The notes under the pieces are model-generated. The model searched no databases. It saw only the letters and a program-made list of their open reading frames with translations, and was not told the DNA's origin. A stretch of 64,000 nucleotides of DNA. Source: Larus michahellis (Eukaryota). The translations under genes were made by a program, and so were the position numbers. How positions within the stretch are numbered: position 1 is the stretch's first letter; each line of letters starts with the position of its first letter. The DNA is taken from the NCBI RefSeq assembly GCF_964199755.1, contig NC_133912.1:190570-254569 (forward strand). The letters are read 5' to 3'. Shown here in pieces: positions 24,394-33,900 of the stretch.

Positions 24394-25308
24394 TCAGCCG
24401 GTAGGGGAGTGCGGAATGCCTGTAAGGTGCTTGACCCCCCAATCTTGAAAGAATTTTTGAAGGCGGAGGGAGATGTAAGCTGGGCCATTAGCCGTCTTAA
24501 CCATATGGGTGACACCTAGAGCAAAAGCTAGAGTAAAACGTTTGATAACAACATGAGCTTTTTCACCAGTAGGACAAGTGGCATGTATGGCTCCGGAGAA
24601 GGTATCTATAGAAACATGGATGTATTTAAGGCGTCCAAATTCGGAAAAGTGAGTTACATCAGTTTGCCACAGCTCAAGAGCAGTAAGGCCTCGCGGGTTA
24701 ATGCCAAAGGGTGATGAACTTGTGTATAACCGCTGGCAATCTGGACAGGCAGCAATGACATTTCTTGCCTGCCAGGGCATCAAGGAAAAGGTTTTTTGCA
24801 ATGCTTTTGCATTCTGATGGAAAAATGCATGACAGATTCGGGCTTGCTCTATTACCTGGGGCACTACTTGAGCTGTGAGAGTTAATGCATCAGCTCGTCC
24901 ATTGCCTTCCACTAGGGGCCCTGGAAGGGCGGTGTGAGCTCTGATGTGCATGATCAAATAAGGATGCTGTCTATTGTTCAGCAAATGCAAAAGCGTTGAC
25001 AGTAGAGTAAAAAGTAAGGGGTTGGAGACTTCCCTTAAACAAGCATTTTCTATGCGGGGTACAAGTCCCGCAACAGAGGCAGAATCAGTTATTATAGTGA
25101 CAGGAGCGTCCCATTTCTGGAACACTCGTACAGCAGCGGCGAGCTCTACGATTTGTGGGGACCCACTAGTTCGGCGTACATCAGAATCCCACAATTTACT
25201 CTGCGGGTCTTGCCTTCCTACGACTGAGCGGCTGGTTCGTCCAGAACCATCAGTAAAGACAGTCAAAGCTTGTAAAGGTACATGACTCACTTTCGGGGCT
25301 ACATACAA
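24394..25308 (-). CDS. ERV pol: RNase H plus integrase (zinc-finger and catalytic core)
   Basis: The RNase H reads FTDGSGRTS...IMHIRAHTALPGPLVEGNGRADALT. The IN HHCC finger is HAFFHQNAKAL...AACPDCQ. The IN core has D residues at WQTDVTHF and HVSIDTFSG. Confidence 0.8.
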   Translation of the reverse strand: MYVAPKVSHVPLQALTVFTDGSGRTSRSVVGRQDPQSKLWDSDVRRTSGSPQIVELAAAVRVFQKWDAPVTIITDSASVAGLVPRIENACLREVSNPLLFTLLSTLLHLLNNRQHPYLIMHIRAHTALPGPLVEGNGRADALTLTAQVVPQVIEQARICHAFFHQNAKALQKTFSLMPWQARNVIAACPDCQRLYTSSSPFGINPRGLTALELWQTDVTHFSEFGRLKYIHVSIDTFSGAIHATCPTGEKAHVVIKRFTLAFALGVTHMVKTANGPAYISLRLQKFFQDWGVKHLTGIPHSPTG

Positions 25309-25784
25309 AATAAAATCTTTTCATAAGAGTCTATGGCTAGGGCTATGAATATCTGTTTGTCCCGGCTGGTCAATAGTCGCTGTTTGAAACATCACTGAGG
25401 TTTGTAGAAGCCATTGCAGCACTTGCGTGGCTATTGGTAAGATAATACGGGAAAAGTCCTGCCCAGCTAATAGCATAAGCCGTTGTCTTCCTTTTGTGAT
25501 CAACATAGCAAAGCATTCTGGGCGAGTTACCACTGTCTTATACAGCTGGTGAGAAAGGAAGACCCATTCAATAACATTGTGTATATACAAACTTCTTCAC
25601 TTGACGGAGTGTCAGCCCCAGTCGTGTACGAGAACAGGACCACACCGGGCAGAACACCTGCTCCAGGGGAGTCACCTAACGACACTGCACACAACAAAAA
25701 CCAAACAGTAGCACAGATGATGATCAGCAGGTAGAAGCTGGCGCCCATGCACACTCACACAGCAGACATACAAAAACAACACTT

Positions 25785-26571
25785 CTATCTCAGGGAGATG
25801 ACTGGGGAGGGGAGGGGGCCAGGCGGGTGGTGGCAGGAGCGAAACGGCTCCGGCTCCGTCCTTCTCTGCTGACATTCTGACAATACACCGCAATACCCCG
25901 ATTCCGGCTGCGCACGTATAAGCGGTTGATAAGGGGGAACAGATGCGGTACCTGGCGCAAATGGAGAAGGGCTAAGAACGGAGGAGCGCGATAACAACTT
26001 TCGTCGCTGTTGCTGTAAAATGTCCTCCGCAATAGGAGCAGATGCAGGAATAGCTTTAATTGGGGTTAAAGGTGGATAGAAATCAGGTTCAGTCTCTGGA
26101 TTTATTGGACCAGGATCAAAGGGGTCCCCAGGATCATCCTCAGGGCTATTACAGAATAGGGTAGAGTGAACTTGAGTGCCTCCTTTCCCTTCGCCTTGTT
26201 CTGATCTCGGCAAGACTGGGCGACAATTGTCCGCTTGAAAATTAGGAGTTGCGGCGGTTGCCCGAAACGGAGCTTGCAGCTTATCTGATATCCTCCCGTT
26301 TCCGTAACATCTCTAGAATTTGCCGCCAAGGGGTTAATAATTCAGCAGCAACCTTGTCCGCCTTAGTGGCTCTGGCCCAAAGTTTAACCCCTCCGGCGTC
26401 CCACGTTTTTATACTAAAAATAGTGATTGCATCGACACCATCGCAATTAACGGACACCCATTTCAGTATCTTTTTTAAGGTCTGGAGGCTCGTATATACA
26501 TGATGTTTCCGCAAGAGTCCCTCCATTAGTCCTAGTACTGACTTTTCTTCCCAAGATATGTTACTCCCCAT
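25785..26571 (-). CDS. ERV gag remnants (MA N-terminus MGSNISWEEK... and a Pro-rich p10/late-domain-like fragment)
   Basis: 26281..26571 (-) starts MGSNIS (an ATG confirmed in the sequence; Gly2 suits myristoylation). 25785..26213 (-) is proline-rich with ...PPYQPL... The frames are broken, so it is non-functional. Confidence 0.45.
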
Positions 26572-26947
26572 AGCTCCCCACAGCTCACCTCTCTTGAAGA
26601 GATGCCTGAAGCCGGCTCCTGCTTCCTTTCAGCAGCACTTAAGTTCTGTGGGGCTTGACACCCGTCAAACCTCGTTAATCGCTCCGTCTCACACGGGGCA
26701 CCATTGGTGGCAATTAGGCACGGACTCCATTTGGTGCACAAACGAAAACGCTTTATTTTAGGCAGCAGCCTCTTTAAATACCCTCTGCTACAGAGCTAGC
26801 AATTTCCCACTGCTACCTCCTTATCATGAGATTACACAGCACATACCACACATATCACAGCCCATACATGCTGTAAACCAAGACAAGCTATTCATCTTTA
26901 GCAACCCGGCCGGCCTTCAGCGCTCTCTCCTTTTCTCCTTCGTCTCG

Positions 26948-27068
26948 TGGCCCAGGTGCTGTGTAGCTAGGGCTTGTTTACTTATCCCAGGGTTTGCCGC
27001 CAGGGAGAGCGAGGAGAACTCCAGGGCTCCTTCCGGGTGCTGTGTCCGCAGCTCCTTCGGCATCCACA
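26948..27068 (-). repeat. ERV 5' LTR (short)
   Basis: Direct repeat of 21959-22079. Confidence 0.6.
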
Positions 27069-27399
27069 GAACGGGGCTGGCTGCAGTGCTGCGCCTGCAA
27101 GTGAGCGCCTCCCACCCACAGGAACACCAGGAGCGACACAACACACTCCCTTTTACGTGGCACGGTGATTTATGATCAAAGCGCAACAAATTGCTGCTCC
27201 TGAGCACTGCAGCACAGTTTGCACGTGCAAACCTAGAGGTGCCCAGGCAGTTCATCGTGCTGGCCCCGTTCTTCTTCCAGATGCACCAGGAAGGGACGCC
27301 TCAGCCCTAACAAGAGGCAGCAGCCACCAGCTGTGCATTAACTGTGGGCAACATTCAGAGAGCCACCCCCACTCTTGTAGAAGCCGACACACGCACCGC

Positions 27400-28200
27400 G
27401 GGCATCTTACGGACGCGCATTTAGCCCAGAGTGCTTCCAGGGTGTTCGGGGACAGCAGTTCAGTGTTCAGCTACAGCAGAGCAGAGCGGGAAGAAAAGCA
27501 GAGCCAAGTACCAGCTGCTCATTCCCACGAAGGCCCCCGCCGCTCTCAGCGCGCACGGAGCGGCCACGGAGCACCCGGCCCCGACCGCCGCCAGCCACGC
27601 AGGGACGGAGCTCCGCTCCTCGCCCGCCCGCTCTGCGCCGGCCTCCCCGCCCCGAGGCGAAGGAGCCCGGGCAGGCAGGAGGGCGACGCGACAGCCGGTG
27701 GCACGGCGGCAGCGGCTCTCCCGCACCCCAGGGCGCCCCGCCCCGCCCCGCAGCCGGCCCGGCCCCTCCGGCACTCACCTTCTCCCACCAGCCACGGCCT
27801 ACGGGCCCCTCACACCGCGGCCCCTCCGCGCGCTCGGCTTCCTCCTACGGCGGCGCGCGAGGGACAAGCGCGGGAGCGGCGGCGGCGCGCGCCTGCGCGG
27901 GAGGGTGCGGGCCGCGCGCCGCCCTGAGGCGAGTCCTGCCGCCGGGGCGCGGAGGGAGAGAGCGGGGTGAGGGGCGGCCCTGGCGGGCTGTGCGGGAAGA
28001 AACCCAGAGCCAGGGGGCTCCGCAGCGGCTCCGTGCCCCCGCGGCCCCGATCCGGGGTGCCCGCAGCCGCCGCCATCCGTTTGTTTGTCGATATTTCTCC
28101 CGCCGGTCCCTCCCCTGCCCGGCTGCAGGGATGCTGGTGGGGGCCCCGTCGCCCGGCAGTGCCTCCGTGCTGCTCCTTCCTTCTCTGCGCGTTTATGTAC
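27400..28200. promoter_or_regulatory. Very GC-rich CpG island (many Sp1-type ccccgcccc boxes) with no assignable transcript
   Basis: Runs such as ccccgccccgccccgcagccggcccggcccc show dense CpG. It lies just beyond the polyA signal of the minus-strand coiled-coil gene and next to the ERV LTR. Its long ORFs are composition artefacts. Confidence 0.55.
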
Positions 28201-28589
28201 GTTAGATGCATTTATATATGATAGCTACATATTAAAAAAAAATAAAAATGGGGAGAAAAGGCTGGCTAGAAGCTCTCGTGGGCTGATGCCCCCCCCATCA
28301 GCGTGTGTGTCCCCCCATAAAAATAGGAATAAAACGTAGAAAATGGCTGCAGTGCGTTTCTAGGGGAGTCCCCACTCCCAAGGCCCTGGCCCAGAGCCCC
28401 CCAATTCCTCCCCGCCCCCCTCCCCGTGTCTATTACAAAAGTGGAAAGGTGAATACCAGAGATTTTGCAATAAGCGAGGTGCTAGATGTTAGATCTACAT
28501 TTTGGAACAGATACCCTGTTTCTGCAGGATCTGGTGTTAGGACTGGCAGAATATAGAAAAAACCCAACAAAAAATAGGGTCAAAGGCTT

Positions 28590-28595
28590 TTTATT
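28590..28595 (-). terminator. Polyadenylation signal AATAAA (minus strand) about 15 nt after the stop codon of the coiled-coil gene
   Basis: Plus-strand ctttttattag carries the tttatt at 28590-28595, which is AATAAA on the minus strand. The stop codon of the terminal exon is at 28610-28612. Confidence 0.5.
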
Positions 28596-28609
28596 AGTCA
28601 AATAAGAAA

Positions 28610-28758
28610 TCACTTTCTGGAGAGCAGCTGTCCCTGCCCAGCTGCCCGGCTCCTGGGTCTGTCCCGCGGGGGCCTTGGTGCGTGAGGGAGGTGGCAGTCG
28701 GACGAGTCGCTCTTGCTCTCCGCTGCCTTGTGCAGCCCGGGCTGGTGCTGTGCTGGCC
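28610..28758 (-). CDS. Coiled-coil gene: proposed terminal coding exon (...PAQHQPGLHKAAESKSDSSDCHLPHAPRPPRDRPRSRAAGQGQLLSRK stop)
   Basis: A strong acceptor ctctctcctgccacccctgctgcctgacag precedes GGCCAGCAC. It starts in phase 1, compatible with the 1-nt overhang of exon 28901-28982. An in-frame stop is followed by AATAAA. Confidence 0.45.
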
Positions 28759-28900
28759 CTGTCAGGCAGCAGGGGTGGCAGGAGAGAGCAGCGTGAGCTG
28801 GGGTGGGGGCAGTGGGGGGGACACGGGTGGGGAAAACCCAGCACCTCGTGGGTGCCCTGCCCTCCCCGCTGTCCCCTTCACACCCATGGGATCCTCTCCC

Positions 28901-28982
28901 CAAGCCAGCCCCGGCCGTACCCTCTTTGTCTGTGAGCACGGGACTGTCCAGCTGCTCCCTGGACATGCAGCCGTCCTTTGCC
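28901..28982 (-). CDS. Coiled-coil gene: penultimate exon candidate (CNVGDLLAKDGCMSREQLDSPVLTDKE)
   Basis: The acceptor is gcccgctctctcattcccag|TGCAAC and the donor is AAAGAGG|GTACGG. The join to the upstream exons (between 29779 and 28982) is not resolved. Confidence 0.4.
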
Positions 28983-29778
28983 AACAGGTCCCCCACGTTG
29001 CACTGGGAATGAGAGAGCGGGCTGGCTGAGCCACGGGGCCGAACTCGGCATCCCTTGGCAAGCCTCCCACGGCCAGCTCTCCCTGGGGAAAGTGAGGCAC
29101 AGATGCCCCCCCCGCCCCCGCAGAGGCTCAGCCTCAGTCGCCCCCGCCATATCCCTACCTTTGTCATCCCTACCTTGTTGGGGAGCAGGAGCGGCCGGAG
29201 GCGCCGGGGGAGCTGGAGGTCCTGGCGATGCTGCAGCGGGGTGGTGAGAGTGTGCCGGCCCCCGCAGCTCCGCGGCACGGTGGGGTACTTGACCTCGGGG
29301 GGCGGCTGCCTGTGGGACGGGGTACGCGGATGCTCAGTGCCCGGCACCGTGGCAGCCCGTGCTTCAGCCTGCTATACCAGGGAGGGGGCAGTGGCAGGTC
29401 CCTGCACCCCACGCCGAGGACAGCAGGAGGCAGGAGCTGGGCTGTCCCAGCTGCAGCACTTGATTTCAGCAACTTGTTTCAGAGAAGGAACCTGACCTCC
29501 CTAAGCCCGAGGTCAGGCTGAGACCAGACACAGCTCATCCCATGTGGCTTCAGCGCCCTTGAGACAGAGGCTTGGGCCAGATGGGCAGCGAGGGGGGGCT
29601 GTAAAGCCCCACAGAGGTGGGGTAAGCACAGCTGACCCTCTGCAGCACAGCTCTGCTCCCCTGCCCTGCCCAGGTCCGCCCGGACCCCTGTGCCCCCACC
29701 TGGGGAAGAGCTCTCCCTCGCCGGGGCCAGGCCACCCTGCACCCCAGTGGGACAGGGATGGGTCCCCGTGTCCCCTAC

Positions 29779-29880
29779 CTGTGGTTGTGCTGCTGTTCCT
29801 GCTCTGGCTTGAGAATGGGACGGGGGTGCTCGGCGAGGCGGGGGGACAGCAGCGGCAGGGATGGGATGGTCACGATGTGC
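29779..29880 (-). CDS. Coiled-coil gene exon (K)HIVTIPSLPLLSPRLAEHPRPILKPEQEQQHNH
   Basis: The acceptor is ctcctgccctccccag|GCACATCGTG and the donor is CCACAG|GTAGGG. Its entry phase matches the AA overhang of the preceding exon (AAG=K). Confidence 0.5.
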
Positions 29881-30302
29881 CTGGGGAGGGCAGGAGCCGT
29901 AGATGGGTGACGGGGCAGTGCCCTGAAACCCATGGGCTTGTAGCCCACGGCAACCCCTGCTCCCTGGGGAGGGCTCTGTGTCCCCCTGCTCCCAGGCAGT
30001 GCCGCGAGGGGGCTGGGCAGGGTCAGACCCCCCAGGCAGAGCCCCGAACCCCTGTGCCTGGCACGGCGGGGCACTGCCAGCACCCATCGCCCCCCCGTCC
30101 CGCCCACAGTGCCAGGTGCTACTCACGGGCCAGGCACCGACATGTCGAGGGGCCGGTCGCAGGAGAGGCAGTGGAAATGGGTCAGCAGCAGGCTGGAGTG
30201 GGGAGAAAAGGGCTGGGTGAGCTCCTGGGGGGGACACAGGCAGGCAGCTCGCAGGCAGCAGCGAGGTGTCCCTGAAGGCGCCGCTCTCCCCGTTGCACTC
30301 AC

Positions 30303-30421
30303 TTCTTAATGCCAGCTGCATCATCAGCCCCTGCCTGTGAGCCCTTCTGGAGCTGCTTCAGGTTGCTCTCCCAGTGCCCCTCCAGCTGCTTCTGCAGAGC
30401 CCCCAGCTCCTGGCGGTCCAG
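30303..30421 (-). CDS. Coiled-coil gene exon LDRQELGALQKQLEGHWESNLKQLQKGSQAGADDAAGIK(K)
   Basis: The acceptor is cacctgtccacag|CTGGAC and the donor is ATTAAGAA|GTGAGT. It has heptad-type spacing of L/Q/K. Confidence 0.7.
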
Positions 30422-30566
30422 CTGTGGACAGGTGCCCCCCCTCAGCCAGCTGCCCCAGGATGGGACATGGTGGTCCCCGGCTGGGACAGCTGGCAGAGGG
30501 ATCCTCGGCGGGATGCCAAGCCCTGAAGAAGCAAGTTTTGCGTGGCAGAGACGAGACACCCCTCAC

Positions 30567-30719
30567 CTTGGAGGCCACCTCTTCACGAAGCTGTTGCTGG
30601 ACCTTCTCCTGGCCCGTCTGCCGGCTCAGCATCTCCTCGAGCATCTCAGTCAGCCGCTCCATCCTTGTGTCGAACTCGCTGCGGTTGACTTTGCCAGCCA
30701 GGCTGGTTTTGTCTGCTTT
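30567..30719 (-). CDS. Coiled-coil gene exon KADKTSLAGKVNRSEFDTRMERLTEMLEEMLSRQTGQEKVQQQLREEVASK
   Basis: The acceptor is cctcttgctag|AAAGCAGAC and the donor is TCCAAG|GTGAGG. It runs phase 0 to 0. Confidence 0.75.
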
Positions 30720-31028
30720 CTAGCAAGAGGGAAGGGCAGGAGAGCGGTGGGGAAAGGACGAAGGTAGCCTAGGCAGGGCCAGCTCGTGCTGGGAGGAGAG
30801 GGAGAAGTGGCTACGTGGCCCTGCTTGCCCCATCACCCCCATGGGGCTGGTGCCAGCAGCCAAAGGGTCCCGTGGGGAGACAGAAGGACCTGGCGAGGGA
30901 GCCGCAGCCAGTCTGGAAATCTTCCCTCCCCCCGGCAGGTTCTGCCACCAAGCAGCCAAGGGACAAGGGGTGATTGTCACCCTGCCTGGGACCCCCTTGG
31001 CTGGTGCTGGGGACCCTCGAGGCCATAC

Positions 31029-31103
31029 CACATCGAGTGCCAGCATCAGGTCATTCTTGTCCGCTTTGCCCTTCACCAGCTTCTCCAGGGACTGGAACAG
31101 AGC
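31029..31103 (-). CDS. Coiled-coil gene exon ALFQSLEKLVKGKADKNDLMLALDV
   Basis: The acceptor is tttctgtgttggaag|GCTCTG and the donor is GATGTG|GTATGG. An inverted degenerate copy of this exon lies at 37235-37300. Confidence 0.7.
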
Positions 31104-31281
31104 CTTCCAACACAGAAAGCACCCCATGATGCCACGGCAGCGTCGGAGCTGCCTCCCGGCCAGCTCAGCACCCCCCATCTCCCACCCCCCTTAAAAACCT
31201 GCGGGAAAGGGACAAATCCCTGGTGGTGCCCAGGCTCTGCCTGGAGGATGCTCTGACCCCGTGGGGCTTTCAGCCACCCAC

Positions 31282-31407
31282 CTTGGTATCTTGCTGCTGC
31301 CGCTGACTGTCACGCAGGAGGTTCCCCACGACGGAGCTGAGCTTTTCATAGCTCCCTTGCACCTGCACAAGGGTGGCCTGGACGCGCTTCGGCACCTCCT
31401 CATCCTG
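31282..31407 (-). CDS. Coiled-coil gene exon QDEEVPKRVQATLVQVQGSYEKLSSVVGNLLRDSQRQQQDTK
   Basis: The acceptor is cttgtcatcttcctccctgcag|CAGGATGAG and the donor is ACCAAG|GTGGGT. Confidence 0.75.
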
Positions 31408-31674
31408 CTGCAGGGAGGAAGATGACAAGGCGGTGCTGTGCAAGGGGGGACTGGCTGCCCCGTGGGGACAGAGCCAGGTTACTTGGCCGCTGGCCAAAGG
31501 CTCTCAGTGCCAGCAGGACATTTGCACCAAGGCTTTCATTTCCTTCCGTGTTGCTGACGTGTACAAGCCAATGTGGGGAGCAGCGAGGGGCTCCCCCATG
31601 TTACAGCAAAGCACGACCAGCCAGGGGAGTCCCGGCAGCCCCCTCCCAAGCCCCCCATGCCAGCACCTCCCTAC

Positions 31675-31875
31675 CTGGCTCTGCCTCGGCAGCTGCCTCA
31701 GCACCTCGCCCACCGCCCGCCGGGACATTAGGGAGTCCACCACCTCCTGGAGCTTCTCGTAGCGCTGCAGGAGCTGCCCCACCTGCGCTCCGGTGTCCCC
31801 ACAGCAGGCAGGGCATGCTGCCTGCGCCTCTGCCTGCTCCTGCCCTGCACTCTCCGTCGCCTTCAGCTTGTCCTG
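31675..31875 (-). CDS. Coiled-coil gene exon QDKLKATESAGQEQAEAQAACPACCGDTGAQVGQLLQRYEKLQEVVDSLMSRRAVGEVLRQLPRQSQ
   Basis: The acceptor is ttccttctccccttcctgcag|CAGGACAAG and the donor is AGCCAG|GTAGGG. Confidence 0.75.
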
Positions 31876-32045
31876 CTGCAGGAAGGGGAGAAGGAATGGG
31901 CTCTCAGATGGAACGGATGCAGCCAACAAGCCAAGGTGCTGTGGAGGCTTGATGGCTGCAGCCGGCCAGGGGCCGTGGCCGGGAACCCTGCCAGGACCCC
32001 CCCACCCAGCCGACGGGCAGTGGGAGCACTCCCCCTAGACCTCAC

Positions 32046-32192
32046 CTGAGCCTGCATCTGCTTGGCCACCTGTGTCACCAGCTGCTTCAGCGTGGCCTCG
32101 GTCATGTCCTGCTGCTCTCCCAGCTCCTTCAGCTCACGCTTTATCTTCTCTAATTCCAGCTCCTTCAGCCCCAACACCTCTCGCTTTAACTC
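32046..32192 (-). CDS. Coiled-coil gene exon ELKREVLGLKELELEKIKRELKELGEQQDMTEATLKQLVTQVAKQMQAQ
   Basis: The acceptor is gtccatgctgcag|GAGTTAAAG and the donor is GCTCAG|GTGAGG. It is a textbook heptad coiled coil. Confidence 0.75.
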
Positions 32193-32581
32193 CTGCAGCA
32201 TGGACCTGGCCAGCAAGATGGGTGCACCGGCAGGCTTAGCCGCATCAGGGCCACTCAGGGGGCTGTCCCTCGCCCCCCAAACTGGGCTGGTCCCAGCCAC
32301 TGGGCTCCCTTGCAGCCCCATGGGGTAGCAAACCCTCTCCCGTCCTTTTACCCCAGTTGCAGGGCGATCTGGTCGCTGCCATCTGCTCTCCAGTCCGCTC
32401 CGGCCACCCACAACTTTGCAAGGGCATCCTCCAGCTGCCTGATCTGGGAACGGCGGTGGTGGCAGAGTCAGGGCATGGCACCCCGTGCTGTCCCTTTGTG
32501 GGGGGGCCCTTTGGCTGCCCCTCCCTCTCCCAATCCCCCCTGGCATCCCTGCAGCCCCCTCGGGGACTGCCACCGGCTCAC

Positions 32582-32661
32582 CTTCTCCTTCACTTCCTGC
32601 AGCTCGCTGGCGAGGCTCTGCAGGGAGGACACCTGACCCCGGAGGGCGATGCTGTTGTCAT
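32582..32661 (-). CDS. Coiled-coil gene exon (x)DNSIALRGQVSSLQSLASELQEVKEK
   Basis: The acceptor is catgtccctctag|ATGACAAC and the donor is GAGAAG|GTGAGC. Confidence 0.7.
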
Positions 32662-32879
32662 CTAGAGGGACATGGTCCAAGGAGACATGCTGTCAGTGAG
32701 GGGGTCTCGCCCTTGGGGCCAGCCTCTGAGCACGATGAGCCCCCAGCCCAGGGTGTTCCCACGCCAAACACCCCCCCACCAGCCCCCTCAGGGTTCCTAC
32801 CTCCCTCCGGGGAGAGCAGGTGCGTCTGCTCACGCACGGCGTGGTCTGACTTGGTGGCTTCCAGGTGGGTGTGGAATAA

Positions 32880-33900
32880 TTACTAAATTGGCCAAGAATA
32901 CAAAAATACAGCATTGTTCACACATTAAGGAAAGTCATAAAATCAAGAGGCTTCTGAGGTAGAATACAGCCGCAGCTAGCACACGAAGAATGCAACATCT
33001 GTGATTCCCTGTACAAGGTTGTTTGCGAAACTACATGAGGGATGGAACGGAACACGCTTGTTCCGTGGCCTTCCCTTGTGACGAATAGCAGATATGGGGA
33101 CGAGATGGTACTACGGAACTGATAAGCGGCCTACACGCTACCCGAGCCAACATTTCGTCAAATGTTGATGAAATGCTGTCCTTTTGTGCGAACTTTGCTC
33201 ACCACAATGTACCAAAACACACCTCCATCCCGGAGGCTATCCGCCCCCGAGGTGTGAACACTCCTCCTTGAATACATTAATCATAATAAAAGTACGTATG
33301 ACTAAAGTCACTCAAACTCCACTTTGAAGATAAAAAAATAATATAAAAATAGCCCAAGAGAGAGGGGATGTCAGGGAAGACACCATCGCAAAGAATTCCA
33401 CCGCCGATTTCCGGGATCAGTCGACGGGCTGAGCCTCTCTTCCCCCCCATAGGGACGCCTTTGGGTAAGACTTCGATTACACCGAGCGCTTTCTCGGGGA
33501 CTTAGAAATTTCTCTAGAGAATCTCTACCCTACATTTATAGCCAGGCTGTATCGTTTATAATTTTGTCGTGCGTTTGTATACTTAGCAATATCTTTATTT
33601 GCACGTGCTTTGCAGACAGTGTATTTATCACCGGCAATCCTAAAGAACCTGTATATCTGTTGTTTAAATAAACTGCACTGTTTAAGTAGCTAGCCGTTTC
33701 GCTTTCTCACTGAACGCGACCAAAACTTGAGAGAGGCCGTGCTAGTTCAGGAGCACGACTAGACTGAAGGTGCAGTCCACTATTAGTGTATCCAAATCGT
33801 AATAGTTTAATACATATTAAACGCGATTGGACTGATAGTGCTGAATTGGGCATCACTCAGAATTTAAACTTAGCCGCACCTAGCCTCCCACCTCGGTGAG
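32880..33900. other. About 1 kb compositional outlier inside an intron: CpG observed/expected about 1, GC about 45%, no ORF of at least 60 aa in any frame, and no repeat or TE signature
   Basis: I counted 16 CpG in 33001-33300 against about 15 expected. AT-neutral CR1 or intergenic stretches elsewhere in the window give about 2 per 300 bp. The segment is rich in cg-containing words (acgcgattgg, cagtcgacgggc, gcgaccaaaac, ccgccgatttccggg). Confidence 0.5.

Larger units (their letters stand above)
21959..27068 (-). mobile_element. Endogenous retrovirus provirus, internally deleted (gag fragments, RT tail, RNase H, integrase, env), about 5.1 kb
   Basis: It has 120-bp direct repeats at both ends, beginning TG and ending CA in proviral orientation. 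A polypurine tract aagaagggggaa lies immediately 5' of the 3' LTR. Minus-strand ORFs follow in retroviral order: a myristoylation-type gag start MGSNIS (26571), RNaseH-IN 25308-24394, env 24166-21989 with a TM membrane anchor, then the LTR. Confidence 0.75.

Noticed and set aside
25321-25590. Calling 25321..25590 (minus) an RT domain of the ERV
   Set aside because: No YxDD or other RT motifs were found. It is probably a connection or tether remnant at best, so it is left unannotated.
27172-28211. Long overlapping ORFs on both strands (251 aa, 179 aa, 133 aa) rich in Ala/Pro/Arg/Gly
   Set aside because: They lie in an above-75% GC CpG island where stop codons are rare. They have no domain-like sequence, and long ORFs are open on both strands simultaneously. 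This is a compositional artefact.
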